Below are positions 17,806 through 28,757 of a DNA stretch of 64,000 nt, piece by piece. The position numbers and the translations under genes were made by a program. Every line of letters starts with the position of its first letter. The first letter of the stretch is position 1. This DNA comes from Acholeplasmataceae bacterium (GTDB lineage Bacteria > Bacillota_I > Bacilli_A > Acholeplasmatales > Acholeplasmataceae). The stretch is from NCBI GenBank assembly GCA_963675245.1, contig OY775910.1, positions 1,120,001 through 1,184,000 on the forward strand, given 5' to 3'. The notes beneath the pieces are model-generated. The model did no database searches. It saw nothing but the letters and a program-made list of their open reading frames with translations, and was not told the origin of the DNA.

Positions 17806-18969
17806 ATGAAAAAAGCATTAGTGATGGCTTCGGTTGCTTCGATGATTGATTTGTTTAATATGGAAAACATTAAAATACTGAGAGATTTGGGTTTTGATGT
17901 TCATGTTGCTTGCAATTTTAAATTTGGAAGTATAACTAGTCAAAAACGTGTCAATGAGTTCCGGGTTGAATTAGAATCTAGTGGAATAAAAACATTCCAA
18001 TTACCTGTTCCTAGAAGAATATCAGCGTTTAGTGATATTATAAAATCCTTTAAATTAATGAGACAATTATGTCAAGATAATAGTTATCAAATTGTTCATT
18101 GCCATTCCCCAATTGGTGGCGTCATTGCTAGATTTGCATGTAAAAATCAGAGAAAAAATGGCACAAAAATCATTTACACAGCTCATGGATTTCATTTTTT
18201 TAAAGGAGCTTCAATAAAAAATTGGATGATTTATTATCCAGTTGAAAAATTTCTTGCAAAATATACAGATATATTAATTACTATGAATGAAGAGGATTAT
18301 AAAACAGCAAACAAGTTCAAGTCTACAACAGTTAAATACGTTCCTGGAATAGGAGTTGATACAGATGAAATCAAGAATGTTAAAGTTGATAGAGTATCAA
18401 AGAGATTAGAATTTGGAATAAAATATAATGATTTCATTCTACTTAGTGTTGGACAACTATCTAAGAGAAAAAATCACAAAGTTATAGTTAATGCTCTATC
18501 GAAAATTACAGATGAAAAGGTAAAGTTATTAATTTGTGGGTTAGGAGAACTCGAAAACTATTTAAGTGATTTGGTAAAGCAATTAAACTTAGAAGAAAGA
18601 GTTGTATTTGCTGGATATCGAAATGATATAAAGGAACTATTATATATAGCTGATTGCTTTGTCTTTCCTTCTTTACAAGAAGGATTACCTGTAGCTTTGA
18701 TGGAGGCAATGTCAGCTGGGCTTCCTGTAGTTTGTTCAAAAATCAGAGGGAATACAGATTTAATTGAAAATGGAAAAGGTGGGTTTTTAGTTGATTCACA
18801 AGATGTTGGGGGTTTTGCAAAGGCACTAAGTGATATAATAAATGATAAAAAAATAAGTAAGCAGATGAGCGCGTATAACTTGACTGAAATTAATAAATTT
18901 GATTCAAAGTCTGTTAATAAAATTATGAAGCAAATCTATGTGGATATTGATAAAAAAATTGAGTTTTAA
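17806..18969 (+). CDS. GT4 glycosyltransferase
   Basis: HCHSPIGG, YTAHGFHF, FPSLQEGLPVALMEAM. Confidence 0.92.
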   Translation: MKKALVMASVASMIDLFNMENIKILRDLGFDVHVACNFKFGSITSQKRVNEFRVELESSGIKTFQLPVPRRISAFSDIIKSFKLMRQLCQDNSYQIVHCHSPIGGVIARFACKNQRKNGTKIIYTAHGFHFFKGASIKNWMIYYPVEKFLAKYTDILITMNEEDYKTANKFKSTTVKYVPGIGVDTDEIKNVKVDRVSKRLEFGIKYNDFILLSVGQLSKRKNHKVIVNALSKITDEKVKLLICGLGELENYLSDLVKQLNLEERVVFAGYRNDIKELLYIADCFVFPSLQEGLPVALMEAMSAGLPVVCSKIRGNTDLIENGKGGFLVDSQDVGGFAKALSDIINDKKISKQMSAYNLTEINKFDSKSVNKIMKQIYVDIDKKIEF

Positions 18970-19108
18970 ATATTAAAATATAAATTATAAGCGAAACTGA
19001 TTCGACTATATGAAAAATATCTAAAATACTGAAAAAATTATAGAAAGGAAAGTATGCTCTAAAAGGAATAAAGACATCTTAATTTAGAGTGTACAAGAAA
19101 TCACACAC

Positions 19109-20128
19109 ATGAATATTTTAATAACAGGTGGGGCAGGTTTTATTGGTAGTAACTTTATTTTTTATATGAGGGAAAAACACCCAAATTATAGATTGGTTTG
19201 CATAGATGCATTAACCTATGCAGGCAATTTATCTACTTTAGATTCTATAATTAATGATGACAACTTTAGATTTGTTGAAGGAAACATCACAGATAGACGA
19301 GTTGTCGATTCACTTTTTAAAGAAGAGTCTTTTGATTTTGTCGTGAATTTTGCAGCAGAATCACATGTAGATAGATCAATAGAAAATCCCGGGATATTTC
19401 TAAATACAAATATCATTGGAACACAGGTTCTCATGGATGCATGTAGAAAATTTGGAATAAAAAGATATCATCAAGTATCTACGGACGAGGTTTATGGTGA
19501 TTTACCATTAAATAGGCCAGATTTGCTTTTTACTGAAGAAACACCTATTCATACTTCATCACCATATTCAGCATCAAAAGCGTCAGCTGATCTTTTGGTT
19601 CAAGCGTATTTTAGAACATATAATTTACCCACAACGATTTCAAGGTGTTCAAATAATTATGGGCCATATCATTTTCCTGAAAAACTTATTCCTTTGATAA
19701 TAACTAGAGCACTCAATAATCAAACTATCCCTATTTATGGTGTAGGAGAAAATGTCAGAGACTGGTTATATGTTAAAGATCATTGTTCTGCATTAGATTT
19801 AATTTTACATAAAGGAACAAATGGGGAAGTGTATAATATTGGTGGAAATAATGAAAGAACAAATCTACAAGTTGTGAAAACTATTTTAAGAGAACTAGGA
19901 AAACCAGAAACTCTAATAACTTATGTTACTGATAGAGCAGGACATGATATGAGATATGCAATCGACTCCTCAAAAACTAAAAAAGCTTTAAAATGGGAGC
20001 CAACAACTTCCTTTGAGGAAGGAATAAAAAGGACGGTAAAATGGTATCTTGATCATAAAACTTGGTGGAGAAAAATACTTAGTGGAGAATACATCAAATA
20101 TTATAATAAGATGTATAAACATAAATAG
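19109..20128 (+). CDS. rfbB: dTDP-glucose 4,6-dehydratase
   Basis: TGGAGFIGSN, NFAAESHVDRSI, STDEVYG, SPYSASKA, RAGHDMRYAID. Confidence 0.96.
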   Translation: MNILITGGAGFIGSNFIFYMREKHPNYRLVCIDALTYAGNLSTLDSIINDDNFRFVEGNITDRRVVDSLFKEESFDFVVNFAAESHVDRSIENPGIFLNTNIIGTQVLMDACRKFGIKRYHQVSTDEVYGDLPLNRPDLLFTEETPIHTSSPYSASKASADLLVQAYFRTYNLPTTISRCSNNYGPYHFPEKLIPLIITRALNNQTIPIYGVGENVRDWLYVKDHCSALDLILHKGTNGEVYNIGGNNERTNLQVVKTILRELGKPETLITYVTDRAGHDMRYAIDSSKTKKALKWEPTTSFEEGIKRTVKWYLDHKTWWRKILSGEYIKYYNKMYKHK

Positions 20129-20986
20129 ATGAAAAAAATGAAAGTATTAGTTACAGGATATAATGGACAACTTGGATATGATGTAATAAAGCTTCTCAAA
20201 GAAAAGAATATCGACTGCATTGGTGTTGATAAAGACGATTTTGATTTATTGAATGAAACAGAAACAAAGACTTTTATAATCAATCAAGAACCAAATGTTA
20301 TCATTCATTGTGCAGCATATACTAATGTTGATAAAGCTGAAGATGAGAAGAGATTATGCTACAACATTAATGTTAATGGTACAAAATATGTAGCAGAAGC
20401 TGCAAAAATCTTAAAATGTAAAATCATATATATCAGTACTGACTATATATTTAGTGGAGATGGTGATAAACCATTTAATGTTACAGATAAAGCAAAACCT
20501 ATTAATTACTATGGTAAGACAAAATACTTAGGAGAATTGGAAGTAAAAAATGCTACAGATAGTTATTTTATTGTTCGCGTATCTTGGGTTTTTGGCATAA
20601 ATGGTCATAATTTTGTTAAAACAATGCTTAGATTAGGAAACACAAAAGATAATATAAATGTTGTTGATGATCAAATTGGTTCACCAACGTACACTGTTGA
20701 TTTAGCAAAATTATTATTGGAAATGTTGTACTCTGATAAATACGGTATTTATCATGCCACAAACGAAGGATTTTGTTCTTGGTATGATTTTGCGGTTAAA
20801 ATATTTGAGTATTCCAGGAAAAATATTGATGTAAAAAAGGTTGATTCAAGTGCTTTTAAAACTATTGCATCAAGACCACTTAATAGCAGATTAAGTAAGT
20901 CATCACTACAAGAAAATGGATTTTGCAGATTAAGAAAATGGGAAGATGCTTTAAAAGAGTATATCGAAACTATTACCGATAATTAG
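20129..20986 (+). CDS. rfbD: dTDP-4-dehydrorhamnose reductase
   Basis: TGYNGQLG, HCAAYTNVDKAE, ISTDY, YGKTK, DDQIGSPT. Confidence 0.95.
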   Translation: MKKMKVLVTGYNGQLGYDVIKLLKEKNIDCIGVDKDDFDLLNETETKTFIINQEPNVIIHCAAYTNVDKAEDEKRLCYNINVNGTKYVAEAAKILKCKIIYISTDYIFSGDGDKPFNVTDKAKPINYYGKTKYLGELEVKNATDSYFIVRVSWVFGINGHNFVKTMLRLGNTKDNINVVDDQIGSPTYTVDLAKLLLEMLYSDKYGIYHATNEGFCSWYDFAVKIFEYSRKNIDVKKVDSSAFKTIASRPLNSRLSKSSLQENGFCRLRKWEDALKEYIETITDN

Positions 20987-21058
20987 AAAATGAATAAGAG
21001 ACAATACTAAATTAGTCTTGCTCTTACTTTTGTTTCAGCTTCTTAGAGAGGAATTAGG

Positions 21059-22495
21059 ATGAATTTATATAAAAGTGCATTAAAAACTTTTGTTTTCAAA
21101 ATAGTAGGATTATCATTAGCATTTTTAATTCAAATCTTGTTTGGTAGACTTCTACCAAAAGAATTATATGGAGAATATACCGTTTTTGTTTCTTATCTCA
21201 ATCTTTTTACTATAATAACAGTATTTGGGATGGACACAAATCTGATAAGAGAAATCTCAAGGAGAGATGATGGGAGTAGTTTTTCTTTATTAAAATATGC
21301 GATTATATTTTCAGTAATTTTATCAATTTTAATTTCAACAGTTTTATTTTTTGCAAAATACATTAATATATTCCAAATTAAATACATTATCATGTTTATT
21401 GTACTGCTGATTGGAATTACTATTGGAAAGATTATTGATGGATTTTTACAAGGAAAGCACTTAGTCGAGAAAGTAACAATAGTTAATCAAATAATAAAGA
21501 ATATTTTCAAAATATTATTGTTTTTGTTTTTCAAAGTTATTGGAAGTGATTTATTTTTTGCAACGATTATAAGTCATTTTATTGCAGAATTATTTTCACT
21601 TCTAATAAGAATATTTTTGTGTAAAAATATTGTTTCAAAAAATCATTATATGTTATCTAAAAATGAAAAATCAATATTTATTAGATATTCATTATCGCTG
21701 GGAATTATTTCTGGATTAGTATTATTGATGACTACTATTGATAAATTAATCATCTCAGAATTTTTATCTTTTGCTGATGTTGCAAACTATATGGTTTCAC
21801 AAAATTATGGACTATTATTAAGTGTTTTTGTTATGCCATCAATTGTATTCTGGCCTAAAATATCTCGATGTTTTAGTGATGGAGAATTTAATCAGATAAA
21901 AACAGATCTACAAAATATAGTAAAAATGATTTTATTTCTTACTGTACCTATGTTTTTTTTGATTAGTTTTAAATCGACTAATTTATTAATGATATTTGGT
22001 ATTGATTATGTAACAAGTAATGGAAAATATGTCCTTATTATTTTGAGTTTTGCTGTTCTATATGATGCATTATCAGGACCAATTGGTTCGATTATGACTA
22101 TGTCAAATTATGCGACTTTAAATTTAATTAGTAATATCATTTCTTTAATACTAAACATTGTAATAAGCATAGTTTTATTAAATTACTTCGGTATTATAGG
22201 GGTAGCAATTGGTACTGCAATAAGCATAATATTTAGGAATGTATTTGCTATGGTTTTAGTGAGAATAAAACTTAAAATCATTGCATATGATAAGAAATTC
22301 TTTCTATTATTAATCTTTAGTATATTTTTTAATGTATTAGTATACATTTTTTACAATTCTTTGTTTGATATCAGTAGCTATCTTTTGGATTTAATATTGT
22401 ATTTTATTGTAACTTATTTTATGAATGGACTATTATTGCTAATATTTAAAAAAGAAGTTAAAACACTTATTAGTTCATTTGTAAATGAAGATTAA
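21059..22495 (+). CDS. wzx: Wzx-type polysaccharide flippase
   Basis: 478 aa with many TM helices, YGEY in the first loop, FGIIGVAIGT near the C-terminus; located in the glycan locus. Confidence 0.85.
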   Translation: MNLYKSALKTFVFKIVGLSLAFLIQILFGRLLPKELYGEYTVFVSYLNLFTIITVFGMDTNLIREISRRDDGSSFSLLKYAIIFSVILSILISTVLFFAKYINIFQIKYIIMFIVLLIGITIGKIIDGFLQGKHLVEKVTIVNQIIKNIFKILLFLFFKVIGSDLFFATIISHFIAELFSLLIRIFLCKNIVSKNHYMLSKNEKSIFIRYSLSLGIISGLVLLMTTIDKLIISEFLSFADVANYMVSQNYGLLLSVFVMPSIVFWPKISRCFSDGEFNQIKTDLQNIVKMILFLTVPMFFLISFKSTNLLMIFGIDYVTSNGKYVLIILSFAVLYDALSGPIGSIMTMSNYATLNLISNIISLILNIVISIVLLNYFGIIGVAIGTAISIIFRNVFAMVLVRIKLKIIAYDKKFFLLLIFSIFFNVLVYIFYNSLFDISSYLLDLILYFIVTYFMNGLLLLIFKKEVKTLISSFVNED

Positions 22496-22542
22496 AATAG
22501 TACAAATGCAAGTATAAACATTTTAAATAATGGAGGATTTGT

Positions 22543-23769
22543 ATGAGAAGGATTTTATTTAGACTAAGAGAACTTTTATTTTTCTTTCTCTCCAAACTTA
22601 TAATAAAAAAGAAGAATAGATGGGTATTTGGTTCCTGGATAGGTGAAAAAGTATCTGACAATAGTAAGTGGTTCTATAAGTATGTTGTTACAAATTATCC
22701 GAGTTTAGATTGTATTTATATAACAAAAGATATATCTGAAATAAAAATGTTGAATTTGAAAGGAGGAAGAGCGTTTAAATACGGGTCTTTAAAGTCTTAC
22801 TATTATATTTTGACAAGCAAAGTAGCTTTGATGACACATGGATATCAAGATTTATCTAGAATATATTTAGTGGGATCTGCTTTTAAAGTAAATTTCTGGC
22901 ATGCTTCAATTCTAATAAAAAAATTGAAATACGAAACCGTAAAGTATAAAGAACAGAGTAATATTAAAAAGAAGATTTCTAGAACTCTTGACAAAATGCA
23001 TCAACATCAAATGTACATTGCATCAAGCATTGAATATCAGAACTCATTAATAAATGATTTTGGAGCAGATATTAGATATATTTATCTATCGGGATTTCCA
23101 AAAGCAAGTCTTTTTAATAACGAATTATCTCCATTACCTTATGCCACCATAGCACATGAAATTTTCAAGACAACTGGTTTCAATATTACTGGAAAAAAAA
23201 TAATATTATATATGCCAACCTATAGAGATGATTCGACTGTTTTTTCATTTTTAAACATGAATAAAAAACAGAATGATCTTATCACACAAATTCTAAATAA
23301 ATTTAATGCTGTTATTTTAGAAAAAAATCATTATGTCGATTCAGTTATAAGAAAAATTGATACAAAAACATCTAAGATCGATATTCTAAATATAAATAAT
23401 GTTAAATATATAGATATCCAGGAAATATTGTTTCGTTCAGATATGTTGATAACAGATTATTCAAGTTCATATGCTGATTTTGTTTTACTGGACAGACCGA
23501 TAATTCATTATGCGTACGACTATGAATACTACAAAAATCGCGATAAAGGTTTTTACCGTGATATTACTCAGTTCGCAGCGGGGTCAATTACATATGATTT
23601 TGAATCATTGATTAGTGAAATATTATTGAATTTAGAACAACCACAGCTTCATAAAAACACGAGAGATTTGTTTATCAAAAGATTTTTGATATATAACACC
23701 TATAATAATTGCTCCAATATATTTAATGAAATAAAACAAAGAATAAATTTTGAAAGTAAACTTGATTAA
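22543..23769 (+). CDS. CDP-glycerol:glycerophosphotransferase (TagF/TagB) family protein
   Basis: SDNSK, NFWH, GFPK, ILYMPTYRD, LITDYSS, DRPIIHYAYD motifs. Confidence 0.88.
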   Translation: MRRILFRLRELLFFFLSKLIIKKKNRWVFGSWIGEKVSDNSKWFYKYVVTNYPSLDCIYITKDISEIKMLNLKGGRAFKYGSLKSYYYILTSKVALMTHGYQDLSRIYLVGSAFKVNFWHASILIKKLKYETVKYKEQSNIKKKISRTLDKMHQHQMYIASSIEYQNSLINDFGADIRYIYLSGFPKASLFNNELSPLPYATIAHEIFKTTGFNITGKKIILYMPTYRDDSTVFSFLNMNKKQNDLITQILNKFNAVILEKNHYVDSVIRKIDTKTSKIDILNINNVKYIDIQEILFRSDMLITDYSSSYADFVLLDRPIIHYAYDYEYYKNRDKGFYRDITQFAAGSITYDFESLISEILLNLEQPQLHKNTRDLFIKRFLIYNTYNNCSNIFNEIKQRINFESKLD

Positions 23770-24061
23770 AATGAATTACCTCACAAACAAAAACAATAAT
23801 CTTATGTGTATTTTTAATTATCAAATTTAATTTCAATAAATTAGCGTTTGTAAGACCATAGGAATAATGCTAAAATATGATTGTTTGGTAACAGAATATA
23901 TAAATATGTATATTTATTAGTATTTTCTACAAAAAAAAGACTATATTTTTAATAAAGATTATGTAATATTATTTTTGAAATGATTTGTTCATATCATAAG
24001 GAAAATATTCTATAATTTTTGTCAAAATAAAGCACTTAAAGTGATTGAAGGATGTGAAAAA

Positions 24062-24973
24062 ATGGAAAAGAATAAGAAAGTAACTGTATTATTATCGAGC
24101 TTTAACGGTGAAAAATACTTAGAGAACCAATTAAAAAGTATAATATCTCAGAGAGGTGTTGATACAAAAATACTTGTTAGAGATGATGGTTCAACAGATG
24201 ATACAATCAATATATTGGATAGATATAAGGAATCTGGATATCTTGATTGGTATACAGGAGATAATTTAAAACCTGCTCGCAGTTTTTTAGATCTAATATC
24301 ACACACGTCTAATTCTGATTACTTTGCTTTTTGTGATCAAGATGATATATGGGATGAGAATAAACTAGAGATAGCCGTTAATATTTTAGATAAATTTGAT
24401 CCCAGTCAGCCTTCTTTATATTTTTCAAATGTTAAAGTTGTAGATGAGAATTTGGTTTTTATTGAAAAGACTTCATTAAATCCTGATTTAGATTTAGCTC
24501 ACTCTCTTATTCACTATTCTGCCTTTGGTTGTACTGAAGTATTTAATCAAAATTTAGTAAACCATATTAAAGAGTATAAAAGTGATAAGATTGAGTCACA
24601 TGATAATTGGATTTATAAAGTATGTTTATCGTTAGATGGCAATGTATTTTTTGACGAGAATTCATACATATTATATAGGCAACATTCACACAACTTCATT
24701 GGTATAAATAATTCTTTTTGGAAAACTACTTGGAATAGATTTTTAACTCCGTTTAAGAAAAAAGATCGACAAAGAATGCTAGATGCAAAACAAATTATCA
24801 GTGGATATTGGATGAAAATCACACCAGCTAATAGAGAAATATTAAATAGAATTGTCAATTATAGAACAAGTTTAAAGAATAAATTGGCATTACTATTTGA
24901 TAAAAGATTTAAATCAAAAAATCGAAAAAGAAATATATTATTTTATTTATCAGTATTATTTGGATCATTATAA
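24062..24973 (+). CDS. GT2 glycosyltransferase (rhamnosyltransferase-like)
   Basis: SSFNGEKYL, VRDDGSTD, FCDQDDIW, HD, YRQH. Confidence 0.9.
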   Translation: MEKNKKVTVLLSSFNGEKYLENQLKSIISQRGVDTKILVRDDGSTDDTINILDRYKESGYLDWYTGDNLKPARSFLDLISHTSNSDYFAFCDQDDIWDENKLEIAVNILDKFDPSQPSLYFSNVKVVDENLVFIEKTSLNPDLDLAHSLIHYSAFGCTEVFNQNLVNHIKEYKSDKIESHDNWIYKVCLSLDGNVFFDENSYILYRQHSHNFIGINNSFWKTTWNRFLTPFKKKDRQRMLDAKQIISGYWMKITPANREILNRIVNYRTSLKNKLALLFDKRFKSKNRKRNILFYLSVLFGSL

Positions 24974-25016
24974 TTATTTCATTAACTTATTAAGTAAAAT
25001 AACATAGAAAGGATAG

Positions 25017-26219
25017 GTGTTTATGAATAAATCAATGAAAATAGAAAAAATGAGTGGACTTGTTTTAACACTTGTTCTTTTATCATTTATAGTAGATATG
25101 GGTGGAGCTTTTCATATTAAAGATTTTGCATTTATTATTGTGATAATTTATGATTTTTACCTTTTGACAGTTATTGCTTTAAAACTACCTTCAAAATTAT
25201 TTTTGGTCGAAGGAGTTATATTCGGAGTGTTTCCCGTGATTCTTATGTTAACTAGTTATATTCTTTTTAACATTCCATTTTCAATTTCAATTAATGAATT
25301 AAGCTCATTTTTATTGTTTGCACTTTTTCCTATATTTTTGACTTTGGATTCAAATATAATATACAAAAAAATTAAGAATATGCTGTATTATGCAAGTTTA
25401 ATTGTAATTTTCACTTTTATTATGTTATTGATTTTTGGTGTTTTAAATCTAACTGGATACCTAACAGCAATAGATAGTTTTACTAGAAAATATAACATAG
25501 GTTATATTGGACAAGCAGGATTTTTAGGATTACCATTTTTCGCTCCTAATGTATATTATAAATGGAGCATGTGGCTTATTGGTAGTGTCATATTTAATAT
25601 TGAAAATAGAAAGAGATTATTAGTTTCTTTATTTGCAATGGCATTAACATTTTCTACAGCAGTTATTTTGTTTTCAGTTTTAGGAGTCATAATATGGTTA
25701 ATTATTAATAGAAAATACACGAGTCTAATTAAAATGACATTTATTTCATTATTTATTATTGGGATTTTCCTATCAATAAGTAGCACATCAAATATCATTT
25801 TTGGTATCTTCAGTAAATTTTCTATAAACAATATCTCGACCTTAAGAAAAGTGGAAACAATTAAGTCAATATTACCTCTTTTTAAAGATGGGACAACGGC
25901 AATTATTGGGATGGGAATTGGATCTGAATTCTATAGTTTTGGTGTTAATAGATTTGTATCAAGTGTTGAAGTTAGTCATTTTAATATGATGAGGCAATTT
26001 GGACTAATATATAGTTTTTTGTTTTTTGGATTTATAATTTGGAGATCAATTAGTTTTCTTAGAAGGGACACTTTTAAAATGAAATTAGGTCTAACTCTAC
26101 TGCTACTATTTTTTGCAGCTGGGACAAACCCCTTGTTATTATCTCCAATTGTATTCCTATTTATAGTACTGAGTTCAAGCGAAGAATATAAAAAAAAGAT
26201 TAATAGAAAGGTGGTATAA
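25017..26219 (+). CDS. wzy: Probable Wzy polysaccharide polymerase
   Basis: 400 aa polytopic membrane protein with GMGIG and a late loop His (EVSH); located in the glycan locus. Confidence 0.65.
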   Translation: MFMNKSMKIEKMSGLVLTLVLLSFIVDMGGAFHIKDFAFIIVIIYDFYLLTVIALKLPSKLFLVEGVIFGVFPVILMLTSYILFNIPFSISINELSSFLLFALFPIFLTLDSNIIYKKIKNMLYYASLIVIFTFIMLLIFGVLNLTGYLTAIDSFTRKYNIGYIGQAGFLGLPFFAPNVYYKWSMWLIGSVIFNIENRKRLLVSLFAMALTFSTAVILFSVLGVIIWLIINRKYTSLIKMTFISLFIIGIFLSISSTSNIIFGIFSKFSINNISTLRKVETIKSILPLFKDGTTAIIGMGIGSEFYSFGVNRFVSSVEVSHFNMMRQFGLIYSFLFFGFIIWRSISFLRRDTFKMKLGLTLLLLFFAAGTNPLLLSPIVFLFIVLSSSEEYKKKINRKVV

Positions 26220-26220
26220 A

Positions 26221-27105
26221 ATGAAAGGTATTATTTTAGCGGGAGGCAGCGGTACTAGACTATATCCATTAACAAAAGTAATAAGTAAGCAACTGTTGCC
26301 TATTCATGATAAACCTATGATTTACTATCCTTTAAGCATTCTTATGCTTGCAGGAATACAGGAAATATTGATAATATCAACTCCCACAGATACTCCAAGA
26401 TTTAAGGAACTTTTTGGCAATGGAGAATCATTTGGAATCAAGTTACATTATGCAGTTCAACACAATCCTGATGGACTTGCCCAAGCTTTTATTATTGGAG
26501 GTGAATTTATTGGAGATGATAATGTAGCGATGATACTTGGGGATAACATCTTCTATGGAAATGGATTGACTAATAAACTTAAAATGGCAGTTGAAAATGC
26601 CAACAATGGAAAAGCAACCATATTTGGATATCATGTACATGATCCAGAGCGTTTTGGAATTGTTGAACTCGATAAAGACGGTAGAGCAATATCAATAGAA
26701 GAAAAACCACTAAATCCTAAATCAAATTATTGCGTAACAGGACTTTATTTTTATGATAATAGAGTCGTAGAGTTCTCGAAGAAAGTTAAACCAAGTTCTA
26801 GAGGAGAACTTGAAATAACTTCACTAAATCAGATGTATTTAAATCATAATGACTTGAACGTGATTACTCTTGGTAGGGGATTCACATGGTTAGATACTGG
26901 AACTCATGATTCACTAGTGGATGCAACAAATTTTGTGAAAATGACTGAAGAACATCAAAATTTAAAAATTTCTTGTTTAGAAGAAATAGCATACAAAAAT
27001 AATTGGATTTCGAAAAGTAAATTAATTGAACAGGGTAATTTTTTATCAAAAAGCAAATATGGTCAACACTTGCTGGCCGTTGCAAACAATGAAATTAAAT
27101 ATTGA
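26221..27105 (+). CDS. rfbA: Glucose-1-phosphate thymidylyltransferase
   Basis: [43 protein letters not shown]. Confidence 0.97.
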   Translation: MKGIILAGGSGTRLYPLTKVISKQLLPIHDKPMIYYPLSILMLAGIQEILIISTPTDTPRFKELFGNGESFGIKLHYAVQHNPDGLAQAFIIGGEFIGDDNVAMILGDNIFYGNGLTNKLKMAVENANNGKATIFGYHVHDPERFGIVELDKDGRAISIEEKPLNPKSNYCVTGLYFYDNRVVEFSKKVKPSSRGELEITSLNQMYLNHNDLNVITLGRGFTWLDTGTHDSLVDATNFVKMTEEHQNLKISCLEEIAYKNNWISKSKLIEQGNFLSKSKYGQHLLAVANNEIKY

Positions 27106-27113
27106 GGTTTAGT

Positions 27114-27659
27114 ATGAAAAAAATTAAAACAAAATTAAATGAAGTATTTATAATCGAACCAGATGTATATGAAGATAATAGAGGGTGGTTCTGTGAAACA
27201 TTTAATAAAGAAAAATATAGACAGATTGGGATTAACGATGATTTTTTACAAGATAATCACTCGTATAGTGCTGAAAAAGAAACATTAAGAGGAATTCATT
27301 TTCAGATAGGTGACTCTGCTCAAACTAAATTAGTTAGATGTACAAAAGGTAGAGTTCTTGATGTGGTAGTCGATTTACGAAGACTGTCAAATACTTTCGG
27401 ACAATGGATATCTGTTGAATTGAATGAAGTAAATAAAAGACAAATATATATACCTAGAGGTTTTGGACATGGGTTTGTAACCTTAACAGATAATTGCGAG
27501 TTCGTTTACAAGGTTGATAATTATTACTCAAGAGATAATGACAGAAGTTTACTTTGGAATGATAAGACCTTAAGTATTGATTGGCAAACGAGTAATCCCA
27601 AATTATCTGATAAAGATAAATATGCGAAAAACCTCAAAGAAATTGGGGAATTATTTTGA
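27114..27659 (+). CDS. rfbC: dTDP-4-dehydrorhamnose 3,5-epimerase
   Basis: DNRGWF, QDNHS, LRGIHFQ, DVVVDLR, GFGHGF, YKVDNYY. Confidence 0.96.
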   Translation: MKKIKTKLNEVFIIEPDVYEDNRGWFCETFNKEKYRQIGINDDFLQDNHSYSAEKETLRGIHFQIGDSAQTKLVRCTKGRVLDVVVDLRRLSNTFGQWISVELNEVNKRQIYIPRGFGHGFVTLTDNCEFVYKVDNYYSRDNDRSLLWNDKTLSIDWQTSNPKLSDKDKYAKNLKEIGELF

Positions 27660-27830
27660 GAATTGTTTTATTATTAAGACCGATGACAAAAATAGGATGC
27701 AAATGCAAACAAATTTTAATTGAATTATGTTGTAATCATATTATTTCAAAATTTAGTTGTATAAAACAATTAAAAACAGTTTAAATAGGATTATTACAGA
27801 ATGAAATTGGTTAAATTGGAGGGAAATAAT

Positions 27831-28715
27831 GTGATTTATGCTGTTGTTGTTATATTTTATAATCCTGATGAAAATGCCATAGATAGAATTAGTACATACT
27901 CTGATAATTTTGATGATATTTTAATTATTGATAACTCAGAGATATATTCTAATAAAACCGTTGAAAGGTTAGTTCAATATAATAATTGTACATATCATAA
28001 AATGAATGGAAACGAAGGTATGGCAAAAGCTTTAAACTATGCATTTTATAGAGCCATCGATAAAAATTTCGATTTTATTCTTTCAATGGATCAAGATAGT
28101 ATTTATAGTATAGAAAATATTAATAACATGAAGAAGTATATTGAATTTAATTTTGATGAAGCAATAGGCATATTTTCACCATCATATTCAAAATTATATT
28201 TTGATGAAAATAGTCAAGAATTTATTGCTGCAAAAAGCAGCATTAAAAGAAACGAAATTAAAAAGGTTTCATTTTGTATGACGTCTGGTAGTTTTGTGAA
28301 TGTGAAAGCATTAACCAAAATATTACCTTTAGAAGACTATTTTATCTCATATGTAGATAACCTTTTGTCTACAAAACTAAAAGAGAACGGTTATGAGTTA
28401 ATTAGAGTTGGTACGTCTTATTTTTCTCAACAAGTTGGAGGCATAGTTAAAAATACTATATTTAATCGATTATTTAGGATTGTACATCATGATGACATTA
28501 GATATTATTATATGGTTAGAAATAATTTGCTATTAGGAGAAAGATTTAAAAAGTTCAGTATTAAGAGGATAAAAAACAGAATTGGTTTATTTAGAATTCT
28601 AGGCAATTTACTAATTGGTGAAAAAAACAAAACAAAAAAACTAAAGGCTTGTTGGAAAGGTTATAAAGATTTTAAACAAAAAGTTATGGGAAAGGCAAAT
28701 TGTGATTTTAATTAA
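27831..28715 (+). CDS. GT2 glycosyltransferase (RfbF-like rhamnosyltransferase)
   Basis: IIDNS, NEGMAKALN, MDQDS, MTSGS, RYYYMVRN. GTG at 27831 follows GGAGG. Confidence 0.85.
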   Translation: MIYAVVVIFYNPDENAIDRISTYSDNFDDILIIDNSEIYSNKTVERLVQYNNCTYHKMNGNEGMAKALNYAFYRAIDKNFDFILSMDQDSIYSIENINNMKKYIEFNFDEAIGIFSPSYSKLYFDENSQEFIAAKSSIKRNEIKKVSFCMTSGSFVNVKALTKILPLEDYFISYVDNLLSTKLKENGYELIRVGTSYFSQQVGGIVKNTIFNRLFRIVHHDDIRYYYMVRNNLLLGERFKKFSIKRIKNRIGLFRILGNLLIGEKNKTKKLKACWKGYKDFKQKVMGKANCDFN

Positions 28716-28757
28716 ACTAATTATAAAATGAACATTAACAAAAAAAGGAGTGATATT

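Noticed and set aside
27661..27771. 11-bp inverted repeat AATTGTTTTAT/ATAAAACAATT after rfbC as a second invertible segment
   Set aside because: Low-complexity AT-rich match that differs from the other inverted repeats, with no clear enclosed promoter.
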